NCBI GenBank assembly: GCA_951406725.2
Contig: OX597830.1
Location: 12,400,001 to 12,464,000, forward strand
Reading direction: 5' to 3'
Length of the DNA stretch: 64,000 nt
Source of the DNA: Octopus vulgaris
Taxonomy: Eukaryota
Within the stretch, counting starts at the first letter, position 1, and every line of letters starts with the position of its first letter. The notes beneath the pieces were generated by a model. The model did no database searches, was not told where the DNA came from, and saw only the letters and a program-made list of their open reading frames with translations. Positions 41,500 to 54,518 of the stretch are shown here, piece after piece. Position numbers and translations under genes: made by a program.

Positions 41500-42250
41500 A
41501 AGTAGTAATTACTACCAGTCCATTAAACTTGATTTACTAGACAAAGCAATTAAATTTGCACAGAAATTTACTACTATCACGCCTTTGGAGAAAAATACCA
41601 TAGTTACTGCAAGGAAAACACTGATTTCCTTCAAAGATAGGACATGGACTCGATCTGACCTCCATGACGACTTTGATGTTATAATGGAAAGTTCGGATTC
41701 TGCCCAGGTCACAGATATTGTTGGACTATTTCTAATCTCAAAAATTAGGGAAGAATTCCCTAATATTAGTGGAGGCCTATATGCAGATGATGCCTTATTC
41801 GCCATATCTCAATCCTCTGCAAAAGCAACTGATAGGATTAGGAAAAAAAAAATTTTATTTCTTATATTATACAGATTAGATATCATATTTGAAAATGTCT
41901 CTAAATGTGTTAACATATTGGATGTAACATTAAATTTGGATAATGGCTTATTCTTCCCCTATCATAAGCCTAACAAAACTATCAAATCATCCCCAAAGTG
42001 TCATTAAGGGAATAATTAAAAGCATGTCGATAAGAATATCTAATTTTTCCGCAAATGAAAAATATTTAATGAGTTTGCACCCCTTTATAATACAGCACTA
42101 AAAACCAGTGGTTTTAATAGTAAAATACACTATATTAAAAACACGATATTTAAAAACACATTAGGCAAACAGTTTCCAAATATTATGAATTCTAACATTG
42201 ACTCAAATCCTATAAATAACCCCACCGAATATAGAAATCAACAACACTTT
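41500..42250 (+). mobile_element. Penelope-like element reverse transcriptase fragment
   Basis: FDVIMESSDSAQVTDIVGLFL, GGLYADDAL, VNILDVTLNL...FPYHKPN, IRISNFSANE...YNTALKTSGF. Confidence 0.82.
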
Positions 42251-42971
42251 AGAAGACACTATAAGAGAGTGTGGAGATTACAAGAGTGATGAGAAGTGAA
42301 GAGATACGTGAATCGGGTGCAGAGATACGAGATCAACAAGGTCTGGGGTGCAACAAGGCCATAATAGTAGATAACCATTTGAAAATTACTTTAATGAGAA
42401 GTACGTTTAAGCTTATGGTAAAATATTAGTAGTCATATGGTTTTATCAGATGATTTTCTCAAAATGGAGGAAATTGCTTCTACTTGACATATTTCTATTT
42501 CAACTGTTGCTTTGAATGAATCGCTATCTATTCCATTAATCACCATATTGTTACTCTTATATTTCTTATTCTCCGTAAGATGAATTTTCGATAATTAAAA
42601 CCGTGTTACGTCACTTGTTGATGCTCGTAGAAATCACAAAATATGATCGATTATTATTACAGAAAGTCTTTTTGTTCTATCATTATGTAAAATTTTACAT
42701 TTTTACTACCCTAAGCTTCAGTAGTGAGCTCTTCTTGGGTGTATTATTTGTTAGTTTGAAACAGAATAACATATACACGCATATATATATCTGTGTCTTA
42801 TACATCATTCATTTACCACTATTTATCTTTAAGCGAAATCATTCTGGAAAGAGCTTGCTTGTAAAACTAGTTGCTAATTCCATAATAAAAGCCGATTATT
42901 GGTCCTTATTATTAGTCCTTATTATATCACATATTTCGTTTATTTAGAGATGATTGAAAATCTGAACTTAC

Positions 42972-43113
42972 TCGTCGTTGTACAATCCACGGTTTTGTTA
43001 TGGCTGCGATATCACAAGTTGTCATCAAAATACTTCTGAGAATTTCGTTTTGATTCTTGTCTTCAAGCGGCTTCACTTCCTTATCGATCATATCAAAAAA
43101 CTTTGACCGTATT
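42972..43113 (-). CDS. PDE11A: PDE11A-like exon: (Q)IRSKFFDMIDKEVKPLEDKNQNEILRSILMTTCDIAAITKPWIVQRR
   Basis: 142 bp, phase 2 to 0, cattatag / gtaagt. CDIxxITKPW motif with the metal-binding Asp. Confidence 0.93.
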
Positions 43114-44390
43114 CTATAATGAAAAAATCAAATTGAGAAGGAAAATGTTAAGTCTCGGTTTTCCATTGTCATCCAAATAAACCTGAAATTAAGGTAATAC
43201 ATTAAAAATACATTCTTTCATATTCACAGTAAGTAAACGTCTTTCTCATAGTGGTACCAATCCCAGCATAATATAGAACAATTCCCATGTATTGTTGGAA
43301 GACTAGCGTGGATTCTATACAATGTATGAAATCTTTCGCATTCATGTAGTTGACTAAAATGGAAATGCTGTCTACGTACACCGACTTACTCTAAAACTTC
43401 TATTATAGTAACTACAACACTCCCAGACCTTGTGATTCCCGGTATAAGGTATCATAAAGAGACTCTTTTCAACCCTTACCTATACAATATTCCCATGCCT
43501 ATTTAAGATATACACACAATCTCAACAAAGATGAAATTATACATACACCTACCACCAGTCACTGCTTCACAACCACACTAATACTATGTACCTCATCTAG
43601 ATCTCTAACTCCTTATTCAACAGATGAGTGAATCTAAGTCTATTGTCTTATTTCTTACTTGCAGTACCAAAGAATATCAAACAGAACTCGCCATTACATC
43701 CAATAGCATAATCCTACCACACACATAGAAGTCAATAACACTTAGAAGATGCGCATATCTCGACAAATTTGCAACAAACCACACACACTCACATACACAC
43801 ATACAGGGATGATAGTAAAGAAATCCAAACAACACACGAGGAGTAATCAAAGGCACCACATTTCGCCAATAGAGTAAAAATAACAATGTGTGACACAAAC
43901 AATACATTCAACCATCATAGACCGGTCTCAATATTTCTATGACAAATCACAATAAACTACATAGTAACCTGACAAAATACAATATGAATCATAGCAGGTT
44001 GTACTCAGGCTACACTCACAAGCTACCTATACAAATAAACAAAAGTGCTAAAAATATAAGACCACCTGCACGTTGCCCGAGTGCATAATGTATTAAAGTT
44101 TCACCCACACCATTCGTGAAAAACAGCTTCGAACACCCTGACACATATACAGCACCATACACAACTAAATACTTAATAGAACAACGACCTAAAAATAAAA
44201 TTTCACCTATGTGGCATAACAGGTAGAAGGAATACATACGCACCAGAATTTTTGCGGTTTATAAATAGAAAGGGAAATAGAAGGAATGTAACATGTCTAC
44301 GATTTCACACTGCACTTCATTCAATTTCAACACTGCAGACCAATGAACTTTATACGTATGTGTGCGTGAGTATAATATCAATATATAAAC

Positions 44391-44453
<63 letters not shown>

Positions 44454-44523
44454 GATATAGATATTTCGTTTTTGGATTTGATTGGCAAGATTCTTTATAT
44501 GAGTTCGTGTGTTGAAGCATATT

Positions 44524-44730
44524 CTGTTGTGTCTGGAGAGAGTCATTTTCTTTTTGTGCCTTATTTTTTAACACACTCACCGGTAAGATTTCCACTTTTT
44601 CCTTATTTAAAAATTTTTTTTTTTTATTATTTTTTATTTAAAAATAAAAATAAGAAAAAAGTGGAAATTTTGCGGTAAGAGTGTTAAATGATAAGGCACA
44701 AAAAGAAAATGACTCTCCCCAGACACAACA

Positions 44731-44731
<1 letters not shown>
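44524..44731. repeat. Imperfect inverted repeat (~84-bp arms around an A/T spacer)
   Basis: ctgttgtgtctgg.gagagtcattttctttttgtgccttat versus ataaggcacaaaaagaaaatgactctccccagacacaacag. Confidence 0.8.
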
Positions 44732-44763
<32 letters not shown>

Positions 44764-44768
44764 TAGGG

Positions 44769-44840
<72 letters not shown>

Positions 44841-44940
44841 ACATTTGCGTATTTATTCTTAACACGTCTAGGCAGATTCAGACGCAAAATATGCTAGGCG
44901 CTGTAGTATACGTCTCGGAAGAATAACAGTGTGCTCAACA

Positions 44941-44984
44941 TTCGGAGGCACTAATGTTTCGACACATGTCTCGTCAGCTTGAAG
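44941..44984 (-). ncRNA. Degenerate hammerhead fold
   Basis: Minus strand: CTGACGA-gaca(tg)tgtc-GAAA-ca(ttag)tg-CC. The cleavage triplet reads GCC instead of GUC, and stem I is imperfect. Confidence 0.45.
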
Positions 44985-46021
44985 TAGCCAGAAATTTGAG
45001 ACTAGCCAATCCTAATTAGCTTATACACCAGGTGTACAGAGACGTATTTATTGTAGTTGCATAAATATGCATATCATTTGGTGTATCTTAATTAACGTGG
45101 ATATGCTGAGAAAGCCAGAAAACTGCGATATTCTTTTCGCCAGCATCTCATACAGTACAAAAAACCAACAAGGAAGAAGAGTGATTACTATTAATTTCAA
45201 ATTCCATTCAATGGATGTTTGAAAGGGTAGCCTCAAGGCTAACGTGTTCAAAGAGAACATTATTCAAAGAGAATCCAGCAAGAACGCCATAAGAAAGATG
45301 AGTCACAGGGCACCATTCTCTTTTGGCCTCTTCTCACTGAACCACAGGACTAACGTACGTAAATTTTTTTTTCTAAATTTGATAATACAAGTACAGGAAA
45401 CAATTTAACACACATGCATTTTTGTATCACATATTTCTATAAACGCAGAAGTTATCTCACGCAGATATAAACCTATTGTTGGATGTTATGCAGGACCCCT
45501 ACTGCATAGCCTCTGAATCGAGTATGTAACATTGAGGCAATTATAAATGGAGCAGATAAAAAATTTACAGATGAAAACGAAAACGTCAGCCTAAAATAGT
45601 GCTTTGGATTAATTTAAGAACCCTTCAAGTGAACGTTATTCAACTAAATCACCTCATTCAGAAATGACGAGAATATCACAAAACTTGTAAACTATATTTG
45701 GTAATTAAAACAACTTAGTACAGTCTTTGGCATCAACTAAGAGATCGCTGAAAAATCTAAACCATGCATGAATTCCAACGAAAGTTGCAGGTTTTGCATT
45801 ATAAAAAAAAGACAGTACTTTTGAAAAATTCGCTGAAACTAAACGTATATTTCAAAAGCACGAAAAATTATTTCTCAAGCACTGACACTGCCACATACGC
45901 TCATTCATTCTGAAGTTTTTGAGTGGCTTTGAGACTCTCATCGTATGTGTTATCCAAATAGTTTTCACGAACTCATATAAAGAATCTTGCCAATCAAATC
46001 CAAAAACGAAATATCTATATC

Positions 46022-46100
<79 letters not shown>

Positions 46101-46343
46101 GTTTATATATTGATATTATACTCACGCACACATACGTATAAAGTTCATTGGTCTGCAGTGTTGAAATTGAATGAAGTGCAGTGTGAAATCGTAGACATGT
46201 TACATTCCTTCTATTTTCCTTTCTATTTATAAACCGCAAAAATTCTGGTGCGTATGTATTTCTTCTACCTGTTATGCCGCATAGGTGAAATTTTATTTTT
46301 AGGTCGTTGTTCAACCTCCTGATTACACTTTTCCCCTATTTCG

Positions 46344-46409
<66 letters not shown>

Positions 46410-46438
46410 ATGTGTGTGTGTGTAAATTAATATGTATG

Positions 46439-46469
<31 letters not shown>

Positions 46470-46611
46470 AAATTAATAATATGTATCTATGTATGTATAT
46501 ATATATATATATATATATAAATTAATAATAGAATAATAGAAGGGGATTTTAACACCTATTTTTAAATTCTGTAAGTAGTGAAGCTATTAGCTGAACCCTA
46601 ATATATATATA

Positions 46612-46942
46612 TCTGAGACACTCTTCGGTCACGACATGGGATTGCACCTAGAAAGTTATCGTCCCAGGCACAAGTCCGGGCAAGGTTGTTTATGGAAGAC
46701 CAGCTGTCACCCATGCATACCGGTCTCCCCTCTCCACGCCACCAGTGTTAGCCAAGGGAAAGGCAAAGGGGCTGATACAGCTTGGCACCAGTGACGTCGC
46801 AACTCGTTTCTACAGGTGAGTGAACTGGAGCAACGTGAAATAAAGTGTCTTGCTCAAGAACACAACACGCAGCCCGGTCCGGGATTCGAGCTCACAACCT
46901 CGCGATCGTAAGCTCGACGCTCTAACCACTGAGCCATGCGCC
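46612..46942 (-). mobile_element. tRNA-derived SINE (family C), full length
   Basis: A box tggctcagtgg, B box gagctcgaatcc; matches 24864-25172. Confidence 0.85.
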
Positions 46943-47071
<129 letters not shown>

Positions 47072-47250
47072 GAGCGAAATGGGGGAATAAGTGTAATATA
47101 TGTGTGTGTGTTATACTTTATTGTACCAATATTGAATATATAGTAGTTGTTTCCTCAGTCTGGAGGAAACCAGTGAATGTATTTCACTAGAATAATTACA
47201 TGTTTACAAGGGCTAGAGAGGCATCTCCAACCAGCAAGCCATGCTACTCC

Positions 47251-47287
47251 AGACTGAAGACGAGCAAATACTCAGAAACTAGTCTCT
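47251..47287 (+). ncRNA. Minimal hammerhead fold
   Basis: aga-CTGAAGA-cgag(caaata)ctca-GAAA-ctag-TC-tct. Palindromic ACTAGT stem III, GUC site. Confidence 0.55.
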
Positions 47288-48335
47288 TTATGCTGGCTTA
47301 GTTGAGTGGGGGGTGCTTATCTCCCCCTTGTAAACATAAGGACACAGAAAATGTGTCAAGGCCGACAGGAAGTGTAGCTGCTTCCTAGGGCTAAATACCA
47401 GTAGAATTATTTCTATTGAATGTATAGGTTTTTATATATTCTTTGCTTTGGATTGAACCGGCGGACTTGGATATTTAACAACTCTTTGAAGGATTTAGGT
47501 CCTTACTTCTCATATATACAGAGTGTCAAGAGAGAAATCTCTAGTACAAACAATAAACAAATTTCTTATGAAAATCGCAAATATATGATTTTAGACTTTG
47601 TAACTGCCATCTTCATATAAAGATTTCATATACAAGGTAATCAATTCCGTTTCAAAGCAATTGAAAGGAAGTCACAATTTAATTCACAAGTAGATAATAA
47701 ATCAATAAACGATACATGTAAAAAGAAGTAAAACTCCTGTCAATGAAAGATTGGCCGTTTATAAATCTCACAAGTCAACAATAAAACCTTCACTTGTTAG
47801 AGGATTTGTTCAAATAGAAATGTATGTAACATTTGAAATGGTTTCAAGATTTAGGTTATGATTAAATAAATCTGGGGCAAACAAACTGTATTAGACTGAA
47901 TGAATCATCAATCCCTACAACTTGCACAATTAAATTAAAACAGTGCTTTTATTATTATTAAAACCAATCTATCTATCTATCAATCGATCGATCGATTGAT
48001 CGATCAATCTGTCTGTCTGTCTATCTATCTATCTGTGTCTGTCCATCTCTCATTCCTCCGCGCTCTCTCTCCCTCCCTCTCTTTCTCTCACACTCGGTGT
48101 CAAGGCAAAAAAATTACCTGCTACAGGTACCATGTAACCTAGTACTTACCTGTTTAATGGTTGGATGGTTGCCGACTAAACCGGTTTCGTCACCTGGCAA
48201 GTCAGAGCAAAGCCTGTCAAAAGACGCGTGGACCAGTTGACAAAGTGTGCAACTGGTCCAAGTCCAAGACCGTAGCAATGAGAAACCTCAATGAAAGACA
48301 AAATGTGCCATCGGGATGGAGTCTCTCTCTCGCCT

Positions 48336-48418
<83 letters not shown>

Positions 48419-48704
48419 GTATATATCCGTCTAAAAGTTCAGAAGTCAAGAAACATATGCATTCGTATATTGTTTATATTAATCGAAGAATACAGCGTTA
48501 TACATTTATTTCGCCGAGGAAGATGCATTATTAACTAACTGTACAATTATCTAATATCTGGTTATCTAATCGCAGTAGAAAGCCAATTCGTGAGATCGAC
48601 TGAAATGGATCTATAATATTGTATAATTTGATATATTTTATATATATGTATGTATGTGTACTTCTGTGTGTGTATACGTATGAAATACCGCTAAGCATTT
48701 TGCG

Positions 48705-48908
48705 CACCGGGCGAAATGCTTAGCGGTATTTCATCTGTCGTTACGTTCTGAGTTCAAATCCCGCCGAGGTCGACTTTGCCTTTCATCCTTTCGAGATCGT
48801 TAAATAAAGTACCAGTTTGGCACAGGGGTCGATGTAATCGACTTAATCCCTTTGTCTGTCCTTGTTTGTGCCCTCTATCTTTAGCCCCTTATGGGCAGTA
48901 AAGAAATA
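48705..48908 (+). mobile_element. Family A SINE with an inverted 5' end
   Basis: Core and tail present; perfect 20-bp foldback at 48681-48733. Confidence 0.85.
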
Positions 48909-49637
48909 TATACGTATGTGTGCGTTTGAGTGTGTGTGTCTGTGTGTGTATAAACATGGTTATTTAATAAGAGATTATCAGTCCGGGCAAAATACTTTAT
49001 AAGCTCTCTGTTAGTACTCCAGGCCAACAATGTCATTTAGATTAGTAAAGAGCTCCGCGTATCCAAGTGGTGAACTCCGAAGTTATAGCTCATCGTCATT
49101 CTGTATCACAAATCCATGGTTGTGCGCCAGTTATAATGGTTTTCACTCCGACGAATATACAGGACAAGTATAAATAATGGTCATTACGTATTTTCTTTAT
49201 TCAGTAAATCTGACTTACAGCTGTTTCCATTCATCATTATCATAGGCTCGTAATTGACAAGTTTACTCAATACGTTCATTGATCGGTTGAGAAAAATCGA
49301 ACGACCTAAAACGTTAATGCTACTTCCGTCAGGGTTAATTCTGATTATATGAAGGTAGAACACTTAACGACCGATTGCCTGTACTCTTACGAACTTATAA
49401 TGAACTCTGGAGACCGCTGTAAGTGAAATTTACTGCAATAAAGAAAATACATAATGATTAATACCTTGCCTTTGATATATATATATCGATGGGTGAATGA
49501 ATTATCCTATGTTTACCGTTAATATGGAAAATTCAATGAACCGTTACCAGAGTAGCAAATTCACGTCAGAAACACGGTTGAAGCGATCTAAAGGTAGAAA
49601 CTCCGGGTTAATGTGCAAAATTTGTGTGTTATAGAAG

Positions 49638-49786
49638 AATAAATAAATAGAATTGAACGAAGATGTTAATAAAATTCCTTTACTTTCGACATATGTTTTA
49701 AAGACATAAAACCATGTTCTCTTCCAAACATATGTCGAAAGTAAAGGAATTTTATTAACATCTTCGTTCAACTCTATTTATTTATT
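49638..49786. repeat. Foldback, 61-bp arms (1 mismatch), 27-nt spacer
   Basis: 49638-49698 / 49726-49786. Confidence 0.9.
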
Positions 49787-49791
49787 TATTC

Positions 49792-49950
<159 letters not shown>

Positions 49951-49994
49951 ATAATAAACGCCACGCATCCACTAAGTAAGTTTTCTCTTAATAC

Positions 49995-50048
<54 letters not shown>

Positions 50049-50217
50049 TCCAAGGATCGAGGTGTATGACATTAAAAGTGAGCCTTTTAATGTCATATGT
50101 TTGCTAAATGAATAAGAAAAATATTCCATGCACACAAATTTTATCTAAATGCGAAAACAAAACCAGGTTTTATTTGTATAGGCATTAAACCAATAGCAAT
50201 AAATATTTTATACTTAC

Positions 50218-50318
50218 TGCAGATGCAAAGAGATATCCGTTGCTAATATTGCTTGTTTTAACAGATTAATAACCTCTGCGTAATCTTCTGAACTTAAGTT
50301 GGCGAACAAATTGTGGCC
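50218..50318 (-). CDS. PDE11A: PDE11A-like exon: [33 protein letters not shown](Q)
   Basis: 101 bp, phase 0 to 2, tttttcag / gtaagt. ILATD motif. Confidence 0.94.
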
Positions 50319-50528
50319 CTGAAAAAGAAATTAATGCGTACTTATATATGTGCGTGCGCGAGCGTGCGCATTTATAATCTTATATACATGTATATACATG
50401 TATATACAAACATATATATATATATACATACATACATACATATATATATACATACATACATACATATATATATACATACATATATACATACACACATACA
50501 TATATATATATACATACATACATATATA

Positions 50529-50564
<36 letters not shown>

Positions 50565-50645
50565 CATACATACGTACATATACATACATATATATATACA
50601 TACATACATATATACATACATACATATATATATACATATATATAC

Positions 50646-50752
<107 letters not shown>

Positions 50753-50869
50753 GTAAAAGCAATTAAGATTCAAGCGAGTTCTGTTGAATTCACATGAATG
50801 CGGTACTTAACTTGGATGCACCAGAAATCTATATGGTATTAACCATAAGATAATGCGAGGTGATTATAA

Positions 50870-51040
50870 ACAAGAAAAAGGCAACAAAAATGGATCAATA
50901 TTTCGGTACAATTGTTTCGTACGAAGACCAGCTTTATTAAGGCTGCTAATATTTACTACAATATCTGCAGCCTCAATAAAGCTGCTCTTCGTACGAAACA
51001 ATTGTACCGAAATATTGATCCATTTTTGTTGCTTTTTTCT

Positions 51041-51043
<3 letters not shown>
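50870..51043. repeat. Foldback, 77-bp arms, 20-nt spacer
   Basis: 50870-50946 / 50967-51043. Confidence 0.9.
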
Positions 51044-51090
<47 letters not shown>

Positions 51091-51474
51091 CACACACAAA
51101 CACACACACACAATACACACACAGATACGCACTTACTCATTTTGCATGCATATGTTAACGCGCGGAATGAGATGCTAATGACATGGAAAATAAAAAAGAA
51201 AATGGAAAAAAGTCTTGAATAGAGCAATTTGATTTCTATTCACCTACTTGCTACAATTAATAAAATTAGCATCGGTAAATGCTTTATAGGTATTCCACTT
51301 CATCTTTCAGCACCTTACACCCACATGGATATACCTACCTACCTACCTACCTACCTACCTACCTACCTACCTACCTACCTACCTACATACATACCTACCT
51401 ACATACATACATACATACATACATACCTACCTACTTCCATACATACATACATACATACACACATTATCTATCTT

Positions 51475-51573
<99 letters not shown>

Positions 51574-51722
51574 GCAGACAGACAGGCAGGCAGGCAGAGA
51601 CAGAGAGAAACTATTAATTCTAAGTCTCTGAACGAGAAACATGTAGCAACAGTACTTTAGAGTAATGTTTATTTGCCAACGTAAAGTAACGAATGTTACT
51701 ACTATTACTACTACTTCTACTG

Positions 51723-51781
<59 letters not shown>

Positions 51782-51782
51782 A

Positions 51783-51825
<43 letters not shown>

Positions 51826-52159
51826 AAGTTATTATCTACATTAAATCATATAGAAAAAATTTCAAAATATATTCTTTTCTAGATGGTATAGGAATATCTT
51901 TCAAAGATGAACTTCAAAATAGCGGTTCCATCTTACCTGCAAGTTCCATAACTAACGAAATTGAGAGTTAAATACAATCGACAAACGTTAGTTATAAATA
52001 AGGTCATTTCTCTTAATTATATACTTATATTTTATATTGTGAAATTCGATTTTGAATTGCTAAATTGAATTTTTCCCTGTAAGTTTGGAATTTTATATTC
52101 ACTACTAGTATTAATATTATTAATTATATATGTATATGTATACATACATACATACATAC

Positions 52160-52232
<73 letters not shown>

Positions 52233-52332
52233 TGTGTGTGTGAGTGTGATAGTAGATAGTCTTGAACTATAGTGTGCAATTTAGAAACAAGAGCAACTAG
52301 ATTTCATGTATACATCAAAGTAATGGCTACGC

Positions 52333-52369
<37 letters not shown>

Positions 52370-52587
52370 TTAGGTTGGAATGAAAGTTATGTCGCATTTC
52401 CAGATAGGAAAGAAAGTAACGTTTCTTCGGTCTTAATTCCTATACAAAATCAAAATACTTCACTGCATTGTCGATAACATAATCCCATCATTTTGCCAGT
52501 TTAGCCAATAAAAACACACGTAATATATATTTGGTGTTAATTTGCTTCAGCTTTATTTATTTTTTACATTAATCTTAATTTTATTTC

Positions 52588-52632
52588 GGCCAGAGTTCTT
52601 TCGTCACACTTCTGTGACCTCATCAGTGGTCC
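52588..52632 (-). ncRNA. Minimal type I hammerhead ribozyme fold (Penelope pLTR type)
   Basis: Minus strand: ggacca-CTGATGA-g-gtcaca(gaag)tgtgac-GAAA-g-aa-cTC-tggcc. Confidence 0.7.
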
Positions 52633-52861
52633 TTTGCTTTCTTCTTTCTTATTTGTATGTCTCTCCTTACTAACGGTAAGCCATTTTGTATTTTGTATTC
52701 CTATTGTATGTGTCTTCATTTGCTCATGCGTATACCTCTATGTGTGTCTATGTTTAGCTAGTGTGTGGGGGGAGCGTCTGTAATATTTGTATCTCCTGTT
52801 TATACACGTTCGTGTAATTTGTTTTTGTTTATTTTTATTTTGTTCATGTGTTTACACCTAC

Positions 52862-52916
<55 letters not shown>

Positions 52917-52919
52917 TAC

Positions 52920-52952
<33 letters not shown>

Positions 52953-52955
52953 TAC

Positions 52956-53016
<61 letters not shown>

Positions 53017-53090
53017 CAATAGGAATACAAAATACAAAATGGCTGACCGTTAGTAAGGAGAGACACATGAATAAAAAAGAAGAAAGCAAA

Positions 53091-53129
53091 GGACCACTGA
53101 TGAGGTCACAGTGACGAAAGAACTCTGGC
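53091..53129 (+). ncRNA. Minimal hammerhead fold, inverted partner of 52588-52632 (stem II loop partly deleted)
   Basis: ggacca-CTGATGA-g-gtcac-a-gtgac-GAAA-gaacTC-tggc. Confidence 0.62.
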
Positions 53130-53485
53130 TGAAATAAGATTAAGATTAATGTAAAAAATAAATAACGCTGAAGCAAATTAACACCAAATATATAGTGCGT
53201 GTGTTTTCATTGGCTAAACTGGCAAAATGACCCTTCCTAAATACAACAATATATATATATACATATATATGAGTGCGTGTGTGTATGTGTATGCGTGTGT
53301 GTGTCTTTGTGTCTGTGTTTGTCCTCCATTACTGCTTGACAACCAGTGTTGGCGCGTTTATCTCCCCGTAACTTAGAAATATTGATCGTCGATCACTTTT
53401 GCTACGGTGTTCGACAATCAATATTTGAAATTCCATGCAATCAGGCAAGCACTTTTGAGATTGTAAACGTTATATATTCACTTAC

Positions 53486-53576
53486 ATCACTATTGAGTAT
53501 CATTAAGGCATGATTGAAATGATGGTGTTCTAGAGTTGCCTTCGTACCGTATAACTGAGATAAAGCTGAACTCGAC
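53486..53576 (-). CDS. PDE11A: PDE11A-like exon: (K)SSSALSQLYGTKATLEHHHFNHALMILNSD
   Basis: 91 bp, phase 2 to 0, tttttcag / gtaagt. LEHHHF motif. Confidence 0.94.
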
Positions 53577-54108
53577 CTGAAAAATATATAAGTTTTTGGT
53601 GAGGAAATGACAAGAAGTATGTACAAATCAAATGCAGGCATGGATCAGATATTTATCAGACAGGAAATAATTTATAAAACAAATATTTGTAGTACATGAC
53701 ATAATTAACAGATATATGTTTAAATATTTACATATTATGCTATGTTTATTTGATAAGTGAAAGGATTTTAACGAAACAGGCACTTTGAACTGACATATTG
53801 TTCACAATACAGCTTTGTCTACTTTTCATCTACCAGATGTCACTCACTTTAAAAAACACTTTGTGTCATTAAAATAAGTATTGAACAGAAAAATAATTAA
53901 ATATTCCTTCGCCGGTGTTATATTTCAAGTAAGCAAATAACTGAATATTAGGTTAAGTTGCAGCTGCTGTAGCTAGGCTTCCTGTGAGTCATAAGCGTAT
54001 ACAACACAATTGTCTCATTGGTTACACCCTTCTACCCTACGCAAAATAAGGACAATCTACAATCCTGAATTTCGCTTAGTTCCTTTATTTGCCTCTAAGA
54101 GTTCCATT

Positions 54109-54518
54109 GGATATTTTCGGTTTGAACGGCAGTTTTTAACATAATTTCTAGGTAACTAAAATATTCTAAACTTCGCATACTGGTAGAATGTGTTTATAAA
54201 ACATCTTTTTCTCTTGGCTTTATTGAGAAAATTCTATAGTTTGTAAGATATTTGTTGTTGTTTTTCTTCAATTTCTGCAATTTCAACCAATCAAATACGT
54301 CTATTGAGGTAAAAAACATTCTGTGCCGTATGAATATGTCCCTCGTTTAAAAAACAGATTGGGTTTATTTACATTTGTGAAGTAAAAAAGATACCCTTCC
54401 CCCACCCCTAACCCTAAAACAGGTTGAAATGTAATAGATCGATACTAGGGTTATAATTATGGGTGACAATTTCATATGACACCGCTAGAAAAAACTGCCG
54501 TTCAAACCGAAAAGATCC
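54109..54518. mobile_element. MITE, same family, opposite orientation
   Basis: Same TIRs; exact 8-bp TSD gttccatt (54101-54108 / 54519-54526). Confidence 0.9.

Larger units (their letters stand above)
44179..46312. repeat. ~330-bp near-perfect inverted duplication (44179-44509 / 45966-46312)
   Basis: The arms are reverse complements, differing by a few substitutions and in (TA)n length. Confidence 0.92.
52488..53230. mobile_element. Inverted pair of Penelope-like pLTRs (52488-52709 / 53014-53230) flanking a (TTA)n tract
   Basis: The arms are reverse complements and each carries a hammerhead core. A third, truncated copy lies at ~58383-58503. Confidence 0.75.
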
